64,000 nt of DNA, from NCBI GenBank assembly GCA_977017575.1, contig CDRNVI010000158.1, positions 120,469 through 184,468 of the forward strand. Direction: 5' to 3'. This stretch comes from Paramoeba atlantica. Lineage: Eukaryota; Protista; Discosea. The notes below the pieces were generated by a model that saw nothing but the letters and a program-made list of their open reading frames with translations, was not told where the DNA came from and searched no databases. Position 1 is the stretch's first letter. Each line of letters starts with the position of its first letter. Below are positions 12,535 to 24,200 of this stretch, piece after piece. The position numbers and the translations under genes were made by a program.

Positions 12535-13243
12535 ATGGGAAAAAACCAATCACGACAACAAGACGAAAAGGAAAAAGATGAAAGACCAAACGAAATCAAA
12601 GTAGCTGTGATCGGGGGAGGGAAAGTTGGAAAAAGTGCTTTGGTCATTCAATTAGTTCAGAACTATTTTATTTCTGATTATGATGCTACAATTGAAGATA
12701 GGTTTTTTTTTTTTTGGTGGAGTCTTGAAAAGAGTGTGATGAGTGATTTTGTTTTTTTAGTTATCGAAAGAAGATTCAGTTGGAGGATGATGGAAAGGAT
12801 CTTCTCTTGGACCTCCTTGGTTTGTCCCCTTTTCTTTTTCGAAGAGAGATACAAAAATAACCTTTTCTGTAGATACTGCAGGACAAGGAGAATATTCAGC
12901 AATGAGAGACTGTTACATGAAAGGATGCCAATCATTTATCTTTGTGTATTCTGTCACTTCAAAATCCTCTTTTGAAGAAATTCGAATTTTTTATCAACAA
13001 GTTCAGAGGGTAAAGAGTGAAGAAGTGCCAGTTGGGATTTTGATTGGAAACAAAATTGATTTTGAATCAGAAAGAGAAGTTTCAACTGAAGAAGGTGAAA
13101 AACTGGGATCTGAACTTCATCTTCCATTCCTCGAAACAAGTGCATTGGACAGAACGAATGTGGAAGAAATGTTCCAATTGATTGGTTCTCACACTATTTA
13201 TGGGCCTCCAACCAAAAACATCAAAGCTGCAAGACAAAAATAA
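12535..13243 (+). CDS. Ras-family small GTPase, copy 4
   Basis: MGKNQS N-terminus. Motifs [28 protein letters not shown] and ETSAL. Ends NIKAARQK*. Confidence 0.92.
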
Positions 13244-13693
13244 CTGAAATTTTGGAAGAAGAGGAGGGAAGGATTTTCCTTTTTCAATTTTTTGTTTTTG
13301 GTGTTTACAAAGGTTGTTTTTTTCTCTCTCTCTCCTCTCTTCTCCCTTCTTCGAAAAAGATCAGAATTCAAAGAAATAGTCTATTTTATTATTTCATCTT
13401 CGTATTTGAAAAGAGCCATGGAATGTGTGTTCTGGTCTCACAAAACGGGAAGAACAGGTTCTCGCTTGAGAAAGACGAAAACCAAAAATCAAAACTTCCC
13501 AAATTACCAACTCAATCGTCCATGTCTACCCACACCAAAGCGAATTCTTTGGTCAAAACGTATCTCCAGGCGCACATTTGTCGAGAGAAACTCCCTCTTC
13601 GAGATATTTCTTCCAGTTGCAGATGTCGGAGATTTTTTGTTTTTTTTGAAATCAATCTTCCTCTTTGTGCAAAGAACCGAGTCCCCCCGTTTT

Positions 13694-14196
13694 TTATCTC
13701 CTGGACCTATCCAAACGGAACGAAGAAACATAGTCAGAATTGTGGATGGTCATGACAGTGACCACAACACCAGACTTCTTGTCGTACGCTTCCACGATCC
13801 CTTTGCCATTAGACCCGCGAGGAACATTTCCTTCAAATCTCCCTGGCTCGTTGGGTTCAGAATCATAACTTCACCTTCCTCGTTATCAACAATGGAGGAA
13901 ATAACATAGTCCTTCTTCTTAAACTCCAACACATCAACCATATGGTGGGCGGGGTGGATGTCCTCAATTTTCTTTCCATTACTCAGATCAATCGCCACAA
14001 AGTGAATCTTTGCAGCCCCGTGCTTTCCAGGTGCGGAGGTATTCATTTCCAACACTTTGGTGGGTTTTCCTCGAATCCGGAGAATATTACCTTTACGGAT
14101 GGCAGAGGCCTTTGTTGGGATAACTTGTTCTTCATCATCCGAGTCACACTCGAATTCCTTCTCACGTTCAAGCCTTCTCAATTGTTTTTTCGACAT
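13694..14196 (-). CDS. eIF5A: Divergent eIF5A (hypusine-factor family) with an apparent 1-nt frameshift near 13828
   Basis: ASAIRKG...KVLEMNTSAPGKHGAAKIHFVAIDL..GKKIEDIHPAHHMVDV matches eIF5A. The expected C-terminus (NVPRGSNGKGIVEAYDKKSGVVVTVMTIHNSDYVSSFR) is in a shifted frame ending TAA at 13694-13696. Confidence 0.85.
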
Positions 14197-14748
14197 TGTT
14201 GCTCAAGAAATTGACTTCTGAAAAAAATTGAGAGAAAGGCGCAATTCGCTTTTTCACTGAGGGAAAATCACTGAAATAAAAAAAATTCGCTGAAAAAAAT
14301 ATCAAAAAAAATCAAATTCAGCCGCATCTTCATGATTTGAGCCCTAAAAGGGGCTAATTTGATTTTCTGATTTGAAATCAACAACTTCTCAAAACACCAA
14401 AAAAAGCTTTGAATTCTTGAGATTTCTTGTTAGAGAAGCCGATAACATTTGAACAACACATTTGGAGTGTTGTTCCACACACCGGGATCGAGTCGGAGCT
14501 GTTTTCCATTCTAGACAGAAGGAATGGAAAGTTTTCTTTCAAAGATTGAGGGAAAAAGTCGTGAGATTGCTGCCGTTGTGATGTTGTGGTTATCGCCTCT
14601 AATGAGAATCTTTCTTTTTTCTTCCTTTTTTTCTTTGTTTTTTCTCTTAAAATTGTGAGGAGACGAAAGGTTCATTGAGAGGAAAAAGATGAATAATTAT
14701 GCTTTGGAATTCAAGAAACTCTCTTTTCCTCTCTTTTTCAGTTTCATT

Positions 14749-15340
14749 TTAATCTCTTTTTGCTGGTTTAATGTTCAAAGTTCCCACCTCAATTTCCAAA
14801 TCCATTCCTCCATTACTTGTTGACATAAAAACAGCAGGATACAATGACTCTCCTTCTTCCCATTCCAAAAGAGACGGGAAAGTTCCCATCTCTTTCCCAT
14901 TCAAAATAAAAGACAACTCTCCCAAATCACTTAAATAAACTTCAAATAAATCTCCAGATTTAGGAGCATGAACTGGCATTTCTTTCCCATCGACTTGATT
15001 TGAACGATGCGCAAAGACGCTCTTTCCCCAACCATGATAACAAGAGAGAACCCATCCTTCATTTACTCCCCAACCAGCCCAATAATCGTCTCGATGTTGT
15101 TTCTGAACAACACCCACTGAGAGAGTTGGGTTTCCCCCATCTGAATCACCGTTAGAGGTCAAAAAAAGGAAGAAAAAAAAAGAGAGAAACCAACTCAATG
15201 CAACAAGGCGAACATTCCAGCAAAAAGGGACTCCTTTCTCCAAAGGGAAATTCCTTGCAATTAGCCCTCCTTGCTCAAGAACCTTCTTCTTAATTCCCCC
15301 GTCCATTATCAGAAAATTCACTTGACCTTTCTTGAAAACA
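14749..15340 (-). CDS. SPRY/B30.2-like beta-sandwich protein (5' end uncertain)
   Basis: Segments LSVGVV, GWVLSCY.G, GDLFEVYL...GELSFILNGKEMG and LYPAVFM follow the SPRY pattern. Ends NIKPAKRD*. Confidence 0.55.
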
Positions 15341-15746
15341 AGAGAAGGAGAGAGTTAAACTCGAAGTCTTTCCTTTCACAAACCAACAGTGAGTTTCCAA
15401 TCAAAAGGAAAGAGAAAGGAAAGAGAAAGGAAAGAGAGAGAGAAAGAAAACAAGGAAAAAACGAAAACAAAAAATAATTCGCCCAAATAACCCCCAAAAA
15501 AGGAAAAGAAAAAACCAGATTCCATGAATCCTTCTTGCAAGATTTTTCAAGATTTTTATTTTTTTCGTTTGGAGCAAATCACGGTTTTGTTGACTTCAAC
15601 AATTATTCGACTCATTTTGAAAATTGTCGAAAAATGAAAAAAATTCCAAATCAGATAAAATACACAGTTTATTTTAAGAGAAAATACATTTTTCTTATTT
15701 ACATTTTCTTATTTACCTTTCTCTCTTTTCTCTTTCTCTCTCTGTT

Positions 15747-18700
15747 TTAATAAAAATCTTCTTCTTCATCTCCATCTTCATCTTCGTCATACTCATCATC
15801 TGACGAATCTTCTTCTTTTTCTTTTTCTTTTTCTTCTTCTTCTTCATCATCTTCATCTTCATCGTATTCATCATCCGATGACTCTTCTTCATTTTTCTCC
15901 TCTTCTTCTCCTTTCTCCTCATCTCCCTTCTCTTCATCACCTTCTTTCCGCAAAAAGAAATCGTCCAAAGCTCCATGGGAGAGAAGAAGAGCAATTCTTT
16001 TGTTTGGGATTTCTTTTGGTTCAGCTATTTTGAAAAGAAATTAGCAACAAAACCAACACAACTTCTTTTGTTAATTGAAAGGAAAAAATCCAAAGTATGA
16101 AAAGAAATATCGTCAAAGAAAAAGAAAAGAAAGAAAAAAAGAAATGTTTCAATTTTTAAAAAAAGAAAAATCAAAAATCGAACCTGAAGAAGAAGAATCA
16201 GAAGCTTCAACTTCAGACATCTTTTCAAAATAAAGTTTCACTCTTTTCTCATTTTCTTCAATAAAAGGATTCAAATCCATCATAAATTGTTCTTTTTGTC
16301 CAAATTTTAAACCATTTGATACATTTTGAAGAATCTTTGAGAAAAAAGAAATAAATAAAAGAAATAAATAAATAAAAGGGTGAACTCATTTCTTTCTCTC
16401 TTTTCTCCCCCTCTATTCCTTCTCTTCTCATTCCTCTCTCTCTCTCTTCTTTCTTTTCTTCATTACCTTTGCAATTAAAATCAATCCTCTTCTACTCAGA
16501 GGAGGTGGATTTTCGTCGAGAATTTTAGAGGGTTTTGGTGTTAAAAGAGCAGGACAAAAGAATCTCAGGAAAAGAAATCCTCCAACTATTGTTTTCTTTT
16601 GATTAGGGAAAAGGTGAAGAGGAAAAGGAAGAAACATTTTTCTCTTTCTCTCTCTTTTCAATAAAAAAGAAATATCAACCCATCAATATAAACAACTCCA
16701 AATATTAAAATTAATAAAACAAACAAAAGAAAAGAAGGAAAGAAAAGAAGAAAACCTGCAGAATGGCGACTTTCCAAAAAACGATTCCCAACTTCTCGAA
16801 AAATAAATCCACAAAATTCTTTCACTTCAGGTGGTGCCTTGTCCACACTAAATAATAATTAAATGACAATACAATTGTTTCTTTTCTCTTCTTTTTTTCT
16901 CTCTCTCTGTCCCTCTTTCATCTCTCACTCTTTCACCTCTCGCTCTCATTTCTTTTTCTCTACTCCAATTGCAAAAAACAATCCCACAATCCCCCCCACA
17001 AAAAGAAAAGCAACAAACCTCTCCACAATCACATCCAAAACATCTCCACAATTCTTCTCCAAATTTGCCAAATTCTCTTCTCTCTTCTTCTCTTCCTCTT
17101 CTAACTTTCGAGGATCCACCTCCATTTCCTCTCCTTTCTCTACAATTTGTGAGAGAGGAGGGCGAAGTGTGGTGATGAGATAATCTTTTCCTATTGTACG
17201 GAGAAATGATGCGATTTTTTTGGCAGCTGGACTGTTCTCTCGAAAAAGAGTTCCTGGAGAAAGAAGAGGGAAGAAAGAGAAGAGTAAAGGAGAAGAGATA
17301 GAGAAAAGAATGAGGGAAGAGAAAGAGGGCCATAGATCTCTTATTCAAGAAGAAAGGGGAGAAAAGGAACCTTGGTCATAAGCTCCAGCGATTTCTTCTT
17401 TGATAGTCACTTTTATCTCCTCAAAAGTGGGTTCATGTTTTTCCTCGGCCCCCTTTTTGTCTTCCACTTTTTCTTTCTCTTCTCTCTTCTTCTTTCCCTT
17501 TTCTTCCCTTCTCTTTGGAGACATTACTCCAGCCACTTTCCTTCTTGACTTTGGAGGAGAGAGAACTCTGTTTGGTGGAGAAAGAATCTCTTTTGAAGAA
17601 GCTCCAGACCAAGATTGGATTGCATCCTCGATTGCATCAATTGCGTTGGTTCCTTGTGGAAGAGCTTTTCCTCCTCCAACTAAAACACCTGTTATGTTTG
17701 AATTAAGGAATGAGAGAAGGGTAGAAGAGAGAAAGGAGAAAAAAGGGAAAAGAATAGACCGCCATCAAAGTTCGGCTTCACAGCAGTTTTGGGGAGAGGA
17801 ACTTTCTTTGGAGGAACAGCAGTGGAAGTTGAAGAAGGAGCACCCGTCCCCCCAACAGTTCTTTTGGCAGAGTCTTTACTTGTTTTGAGTCCTGAACGAT
17901 CTTTCCAAATGTGAGAAAAAAGAAAAGAAGAGCAGACAGAAAGAGAAAGCTTTGAGAGGAGAGAAAAATGATGAGAATGAAAAGAAAAACCTTGTGAGTG
18001 ATTCAAACGTGTGACATATTGTTCAATTGGCTGATCACCAATTTCACCTGAGATCTGCTCTTCTCCCTCTTCTTCTCCATGCGCCTCTTCTTCTCCAACT
18101 TCGCACACCACAGAAATTTCCGACAAATGCAAACTCTTCAATAAAGGATCAACCCTCTCTCTCACCCCTCCCATCGCTCCCAAATACGACAACAATTCAA
18201 TTTGATTCTTCACAATAAACTCATTCATATCCATCAAATATCTTTCTTTTTTACCAAACGAGAGACCATTAGACAAGTTGGTCAAAACTTTTGCGACGAG
18301 CATGAGCCCTCTTTGAGATTGGGGAGAGGGTTTTATGTCAATTAGATGGCATTGTTGGGGGGAAATCAAAGCGGGGCAAAAAAATCGGTGGAAGAGAAAA
18401 ACTCCCACTAAAAAAGCAGAGCAAGGGAGGGGAATGTTAGAGAGAGAAAAAAGAGAGGGAAACAAGATTGGTTGAAATAAGAGGAGAGAGTGTGAAAAAT
18501 GAAAAACCTGCAGAAAAACGACTATTAAAGAAATGGGTTTTAACTTCGCTAAAAACATGAGAACAAAATTCCTTCACTTCAAGAGGGGCTTTCCCAGTAC
18601 TGTAAATAAGAGTAAAATAAAAACAAAATCCAAAGGAAAAGAGGAAGGAAATCTCTTTTTTTGATCCAAGAAAATTTCAAAACCTGTGAAGAATTGCACT

Positions 18701-20951
18701 TAAAATAAGAGAACAATCTTCTTTCAAACTTCTTAGATTTGTTTCATGACAATCATCACTCCCCATTCTCCGAGGGTCAACTTCTGTCTTCTTTTCTTGC
18801 ACAACAATTAAACGAATATCCTCTTGGAGAGTGAGAAGGAGGTACTCGGATCCAATTTTTCGAAAATATGATGTTATTGCTTTCATTAGAGGTCCATTTT
18901 CTCGAAACAAAGTCCCTTAAAAAATCGTTATTGTAAGTTTCAGAAAATGTGTTTTTCAAAAGTTGTGAGGAGCACAAAATAAAAAATTGAAAGAGAGGAA
19001 ATACCCTCATCTGGGCTCTCCTGAATCAATTGAGAAATCATTTCTTTCACCTCATTCCAACTCAACTCTTGTTCCTCTTTGGCGGTTTGTTCATTTTCCC
19101 CCATTTCTCCCTCTCTCCCTCTGTAAGGAACAGGGCTCGTCCAACCTTCCAGAAACAAAATCAAAACAACATTTTTCATGAATTAACCCCCAAAAAGAAA
19201 AAAAAAATACCTTCAAGAACTCTTGTACTTGTCTCATGAGACACTAATCCATCTTTTGCTAATTGGCTGACTCGAATCATTGGTCCTGTTTCAGGAGAGA
19301 TATGATCTCCGTTTTTCTTGGATTCAAATTCATGCATTGAGAGGGTTGGGCTCATATTTTTGGAGGGAGGAGAAGCAGAAGGAACAGCCGCAGCTCCCAA
19401 ATCAATATGTTGGAATTGGTCATCTGGTGAGTCACCTAGAACCAACAAAGCTGCTTCTTTTGGAGAACGTGGTGGAGATTTAAGAGCCATTCTGGCAGTA
19501 ACAGTACTTCCGCATCTTGTTGCTCTTCTTTTTGATGGTGGGAGGCCTTTTGGGAGAGAATTTTGAGGGTCACTTGGGAGTCCGACTGGAGGAGAAACAA
19601 CACCGGTGGGGTCTCTTCGTGGCACTGAACGAGGAGAAACAAGACCAGTTGGAATGGAGTCAGAAGGTTCTCCTTCAACAGGATCCCCTTTTGTGATTGG
19701 AGAAGAAACACCAGTTGGAATCGAGTCAGAGGGTTCTCTGCCAATCGAATCACTTTTTGGGATTGGAGAAATAACACCACGAGGAGAAATCAAGCTTGAG
19801 GGGTCCCCTTTGGGGAGTGGAGGAGAAACAACACCAGTAGGCTCTCTCCTTGAGATACGAGGAGAAATCAAACCAGAGGGTAATGGAAGAGGAGAAATCA
19901 AAGTCAAGGAATCCCCTTTAGGGACTGGAGAAACAACACCACGAGGAGAAATCAAGCTTGAGGGGTCCCCTTTGGGGAGAGAAGGAGAAGCAATCCTAGT
20001 GGGTATTGATAGAGGAGATATCAAACCAGGGGGATCTCTTTTTGGGATTGGAGAAACGGCACCAACATGCTCTTTCTTTGGCGCTTGGTGAGGAGAAAGT
20101 GATCCAAGAGAAATTCCTTTTGGGACAGTTCCTGGAGAGTGGTGGTTGGAATGTTCTTCTCCAAAATGAGATTGTGTTTCGTGGTCTTGATGCATTCTTC
20201 TTTTTGAGGTTTTTTGGCCGGAAGTGAGTTTTGTTGGGTTCCTGGGAGAAAGTCCTGCCATCAGGTTTTTGTCAGGATCATTGTGACCCAATCTTTCTGA
20301 AATTTCTTCAGAACTCTTCATCATTAACGCTCGAGAGAGGTGCTCTCCCTCTGGAGACTCCTCCTCACTCATCACCCTGTCTTGAGTTGGAAAAGGTTCA
20401 GGGTTAATTTTAACTTTGTAGTGAGGGTCAGTCTCTCTGAGAATTCGAATGCTCCCTTTTCTTCGAGAGAAGGGAGCTTCTGACTCATGATCAGATCTGG
20501 GAGAACCAACATCCAGTTTCCCCTCCTCAGGAGATGAGAGAACGCCACCATCTCTTCCTGGAGAACTCACTACTTCAAGGCAAATTGAGTGAAGCTGTGG
20601 AGAAGTGAGTTTTGAAAGTGGAGCAGGAATTTGAGTCATTCTTGGAGAAACCGCTCGAGGAGTTCTTGGAGAAAGAGGCGTTCCTCTTGCCAATGTAGTT
20701 GTAAGTTTTGGTGGGTCTTCCACCCCTAAAGGCCGATCCCATTCGATTGGAGTGTCTGACGAAGGATTTGGGAGATTTCCATGTTGTTGGGGCTGGGGTT
20801 CAGCCAGTCCAGGATTCAAAGGGAGCTTTCGCCTCGGAGAGCCAGGTGGTTTTGTGCGAGGAGGAGGCAGAGTAACCTGAGATTGAGTACGAGCTGGAAG
20901 GATTCTCATTTTACCTCCTGGTCTTGGAGTAATTCCTGATGCTTGACTCAT
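15747..20951 (-). CDS. Protein with two complete RasGAP domains, a long Ser/Pro-rich N-terminus and an acidic tail
   Basis: Domain 1 has LFRENG...VDP...FLFHRFFCPALISP...GLMLVAKVLTNLSN. Domain 2 (spliced exons ~17250-16200) has GTLFRENS...VDP...VGGFLFLRFFCPALLTP...GLILIAK/ILQNVSN. ATG at 20951, stop at 15747-15749. Confidence 0.85.
19560..20100 (-). repeat. Coding imperfect repeats (PKGDxxxLISPRGVVSP / EPSDSIPTGxxSP) in the RasGAP N-terminus
   Basis: PKGDPSSLISPRGV appears twice and EPSDSIPTG appears twice, with many SP dipeptides in the ORF 19176-21122 translation. Confidence 0.75.
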
Positions 20952-21241
20952 CTTCAAAAATAAAGAGCCGCCCCGTCTGAGTGGGCGGTGAGCGAGTAAG
21001 AAGAGAAACAAAGAGCGGTTTGGTTTTAAGGTTCTGCACCCAAAAAAATTTCCAGCGGTCCATTGTTTTTTGTCACCGAGTTCAAATCTTCGAAAAAACT
21101 TTTTTATTATTTTTTTTATCATCGAAAATGAAGGAAAGTTTCACGCAAAGAGCGAATTAAATCAAAAGATTGATATTATTGTTCTTCTTGTTAACAAATA
21201 AATTTTATTTTGGGGTTTTGTTCTTTTTTGTGTTTTTAAAT

Positions 21242-24200
21242 CTACGAGTTATCACAAAGATCAACTTCATAATACTCAAACCACATATCACAAAATAGAT
21301 CCATAAAACCTTCCGTAAAGAGACCCAGATTCTTCCATCCCAATTGCAAATCCTCCGCACCTGTTCCTCCATTCTCAACTCCAAGAGGAGGACCATAATA
21401 ATCCCAAATCAAGTCACTGGCTTCATTATTGAAACCCAACAGACTTACTCCCAAATTTTCTCTTGCTTCGGTCAGATCAGAACCAGCAGACCCACCATTT
21501 TCGATTGAAAGTGGACCAGAATTCCAATAAGCATTATCAAGAGACCACAACAAACCAACGGAACCAATATAAAGATTTTCTTGAGCTTCTGATGGAGTCG
21601 AAGCACCAGTTCCTCCATTTGTCACAGATAATGGAGTCCCAATCCAGAGATCATTGGAGAGATAATCTTCGGTTGCCAGATGTCCCAGAAGAGCGGTGTA
21701 TCTTCGATCAACCGCTTTTGTAGCGTCTGTTCCACCATTGAACATGGACAGTTCATCACCACCGTAATAATAATCCATCACATAATCTAAATAAGCCAAA
21801 TCTCCGAGTTCAAGTTCATCGGTTAAATCATAATAATTGGTCACTCCAGTTCCTCCGTTATTCGTTCCCAAAGGAGGTCCAATCCAAAGATCATCTCCAA
21901 TATAATCATAAGTCGAGAGATATCCAAGATTCAAGTTGTAACGAATATCGAGAACATTGGTTGCTTGAGTTCCACCATTCACAATAGAAAGTTCATCACC
22001 ACCATAATAAAAATCCATCACATAATCTAAGTAAGCCAAATCTCCAAGTTCGAGTTCATCAGTCAAATCATAATAATTGGTTACTCCAGTTCCTCCGTTA
22101 TTCGTTCCCAAAGGAGGACCAATCCAAAGATCATCTCCAATATAATCATAAGTAGAAAGATAGCCAAGATTTAGGTTATAACGAGCATCAAGAACATTCG
22201 AAGCATCAGTTCCTCCATTATATCGGGATAAATCCTCACCAGCATAATAGAAATCCATTACATAATCCAAGTAAGCCAAATCTCCAAGTTCAAGTTCATC
22301 AGTTAAATCATAATAATTAGTTACTCCAGTTCCTCCATTATTGGTTCCCAAAGGAGGACCAATCCAAAGATCATCTCCAATGTAATCATAAGTCGAAAGA
22401 TACCCAAGATTCAAGTTGTACCGAGCATCAAGAATATTCGAAGCCTCAAATCCACCATTTACAATTGAGAGTGGATCACCACCGTAATAGAAATCCATTA
22501 CATAATCTAAGTAAGCCAAATCTCCAAGTTCAAGTTCATCAGTTAAATCATAATAATTGGTTACTCCAGTTCCTCCATTGTTGGTTCCCAAAGGAGGACC
22601 AATCCAAAGGTTATCTCCAATATAATCATACGTTGAGAGATATCCAAGATTCAGATTGTATCGAACATCAAGAACATTGGTTGCTTGAGTTCCACCATTC
22701 ACAATAGAAAGTTCATCACCACCGTAATAATAATCCATTACATAATCCATATAAGCCAAGTCTCCAAGTTCAAGTTCATCAGTCAAGTCATAATAATTGG
22801 TTACTCCAGTTCCTCCGTTATTAACTCCCAAAGGAGGACCAATCCAAAGGTTATCCCCAATGTAATCATACAATGAAAGATATCCAAGTTTTAGGTTGTA
22901 TCGAGCATCAAGAATATTAGAAGAATCAAGACCACCATTGTGGATCGAAAGGGAATCACCACCGTAATAGAAATCCATCACATAATCTAAGTAAGCCAGA
23001 TCACCGAGTTCAAGTTCATCAGTTAAATCATAATATGTAGTGACCCCAGTTCCTCCATTGTTAACACCCAATGGGGGACCAATCCAAAGGTTATCTCCAA
23101 GATAATCATACGTTGAGAGATATCCAAGATTTAGGTTGTAACGAGCATCAAGAATATTGGAAGAATCAAGACCACCATTTTCGATTGAAAGTGAATCACC
23201 ACCATAATAATAATCCATTACATAATCCATATAAGCCAACTCTCCAAGTTCAAGAGCGTCAGTCAAATCATAATAAGAAGAAACACCAGTTCCTCCATTG
23301 TTAACACCCAAAGGAGGACCAATCCAAAGGTTATCCCCAAGATAATCATGTGTCGCAAGATATCCAAGATTCAAGTTGTAACGAGCATCAAGAATATTAG
23401 AAGCCTCAAAACCACCATTTTTGATGGAAAGTGGATCACCACCGTAATAGAAATCCATCACATAATCCAAGTAAGCCAAATCTCCAAGTTCAAGAGCATC
23501 AGTTAAATCATAATAAGTGGTTACTCCAGTTCCTCCGTTGTTGACTCCCAAAGGAGGACCAATCCAAAGGTTATCTCCCAGATAATCATAAGTCGAAAGA
23601 TACCCAAGATTCAAATTGTATCGAGCATCAAGAACATTAGAAGCTTCAAAACCACCATTTTCGATTGAGAGCGGTTCACCACCGTAATAGAAATCCATCA
23701 CATAATCCATGTAAGCCAGATCACCAAGTTCGAGTTCATCAGTTAAATCATAATATGTAGTGACTCCAGTTCCTCCATTATTGACTCCCAAAGGAGGACC
23801 AATCCAAAGATTATCTCCAAGATAATCATATGTTGAAAGATATCCAAGATTCAAATTGTAACGAGCATCAAGAATATTAGAAGCTTCAAGACCACCGTTT
23901 TGGATCGAAAGTGAATCACCACCATAATAATAATCCATTACATAATCCATATAAGCCAACTCTCCAAGTTCAAGTCGATCAGTTAAATCGTAATAAGTGG
24001 TCACTCCAGTTCCTCCATTGCTGACACTCAAAGGAGGACCAATCCAAATGTTATCTCCAAGATAATCATATGTTGAGAGATATCCAAGATTTAGGTTGTA
24101 ACGAGCATCAAGAATATTAGAAGCTTCAAAACCACCATTTTCGATTGAGAGGGGATCACCACCATAATAATAATCCATCACATAATCCATGTAAGCCAAC

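Noticed and set aside
11220-12647. Numerous Phe/Leu/Ser- or Lys/Arg/Glu-rich short ORFs here and across the window
   Set aside because: They arise from T-rich introns and GA-rich spacers and have no domain signal.
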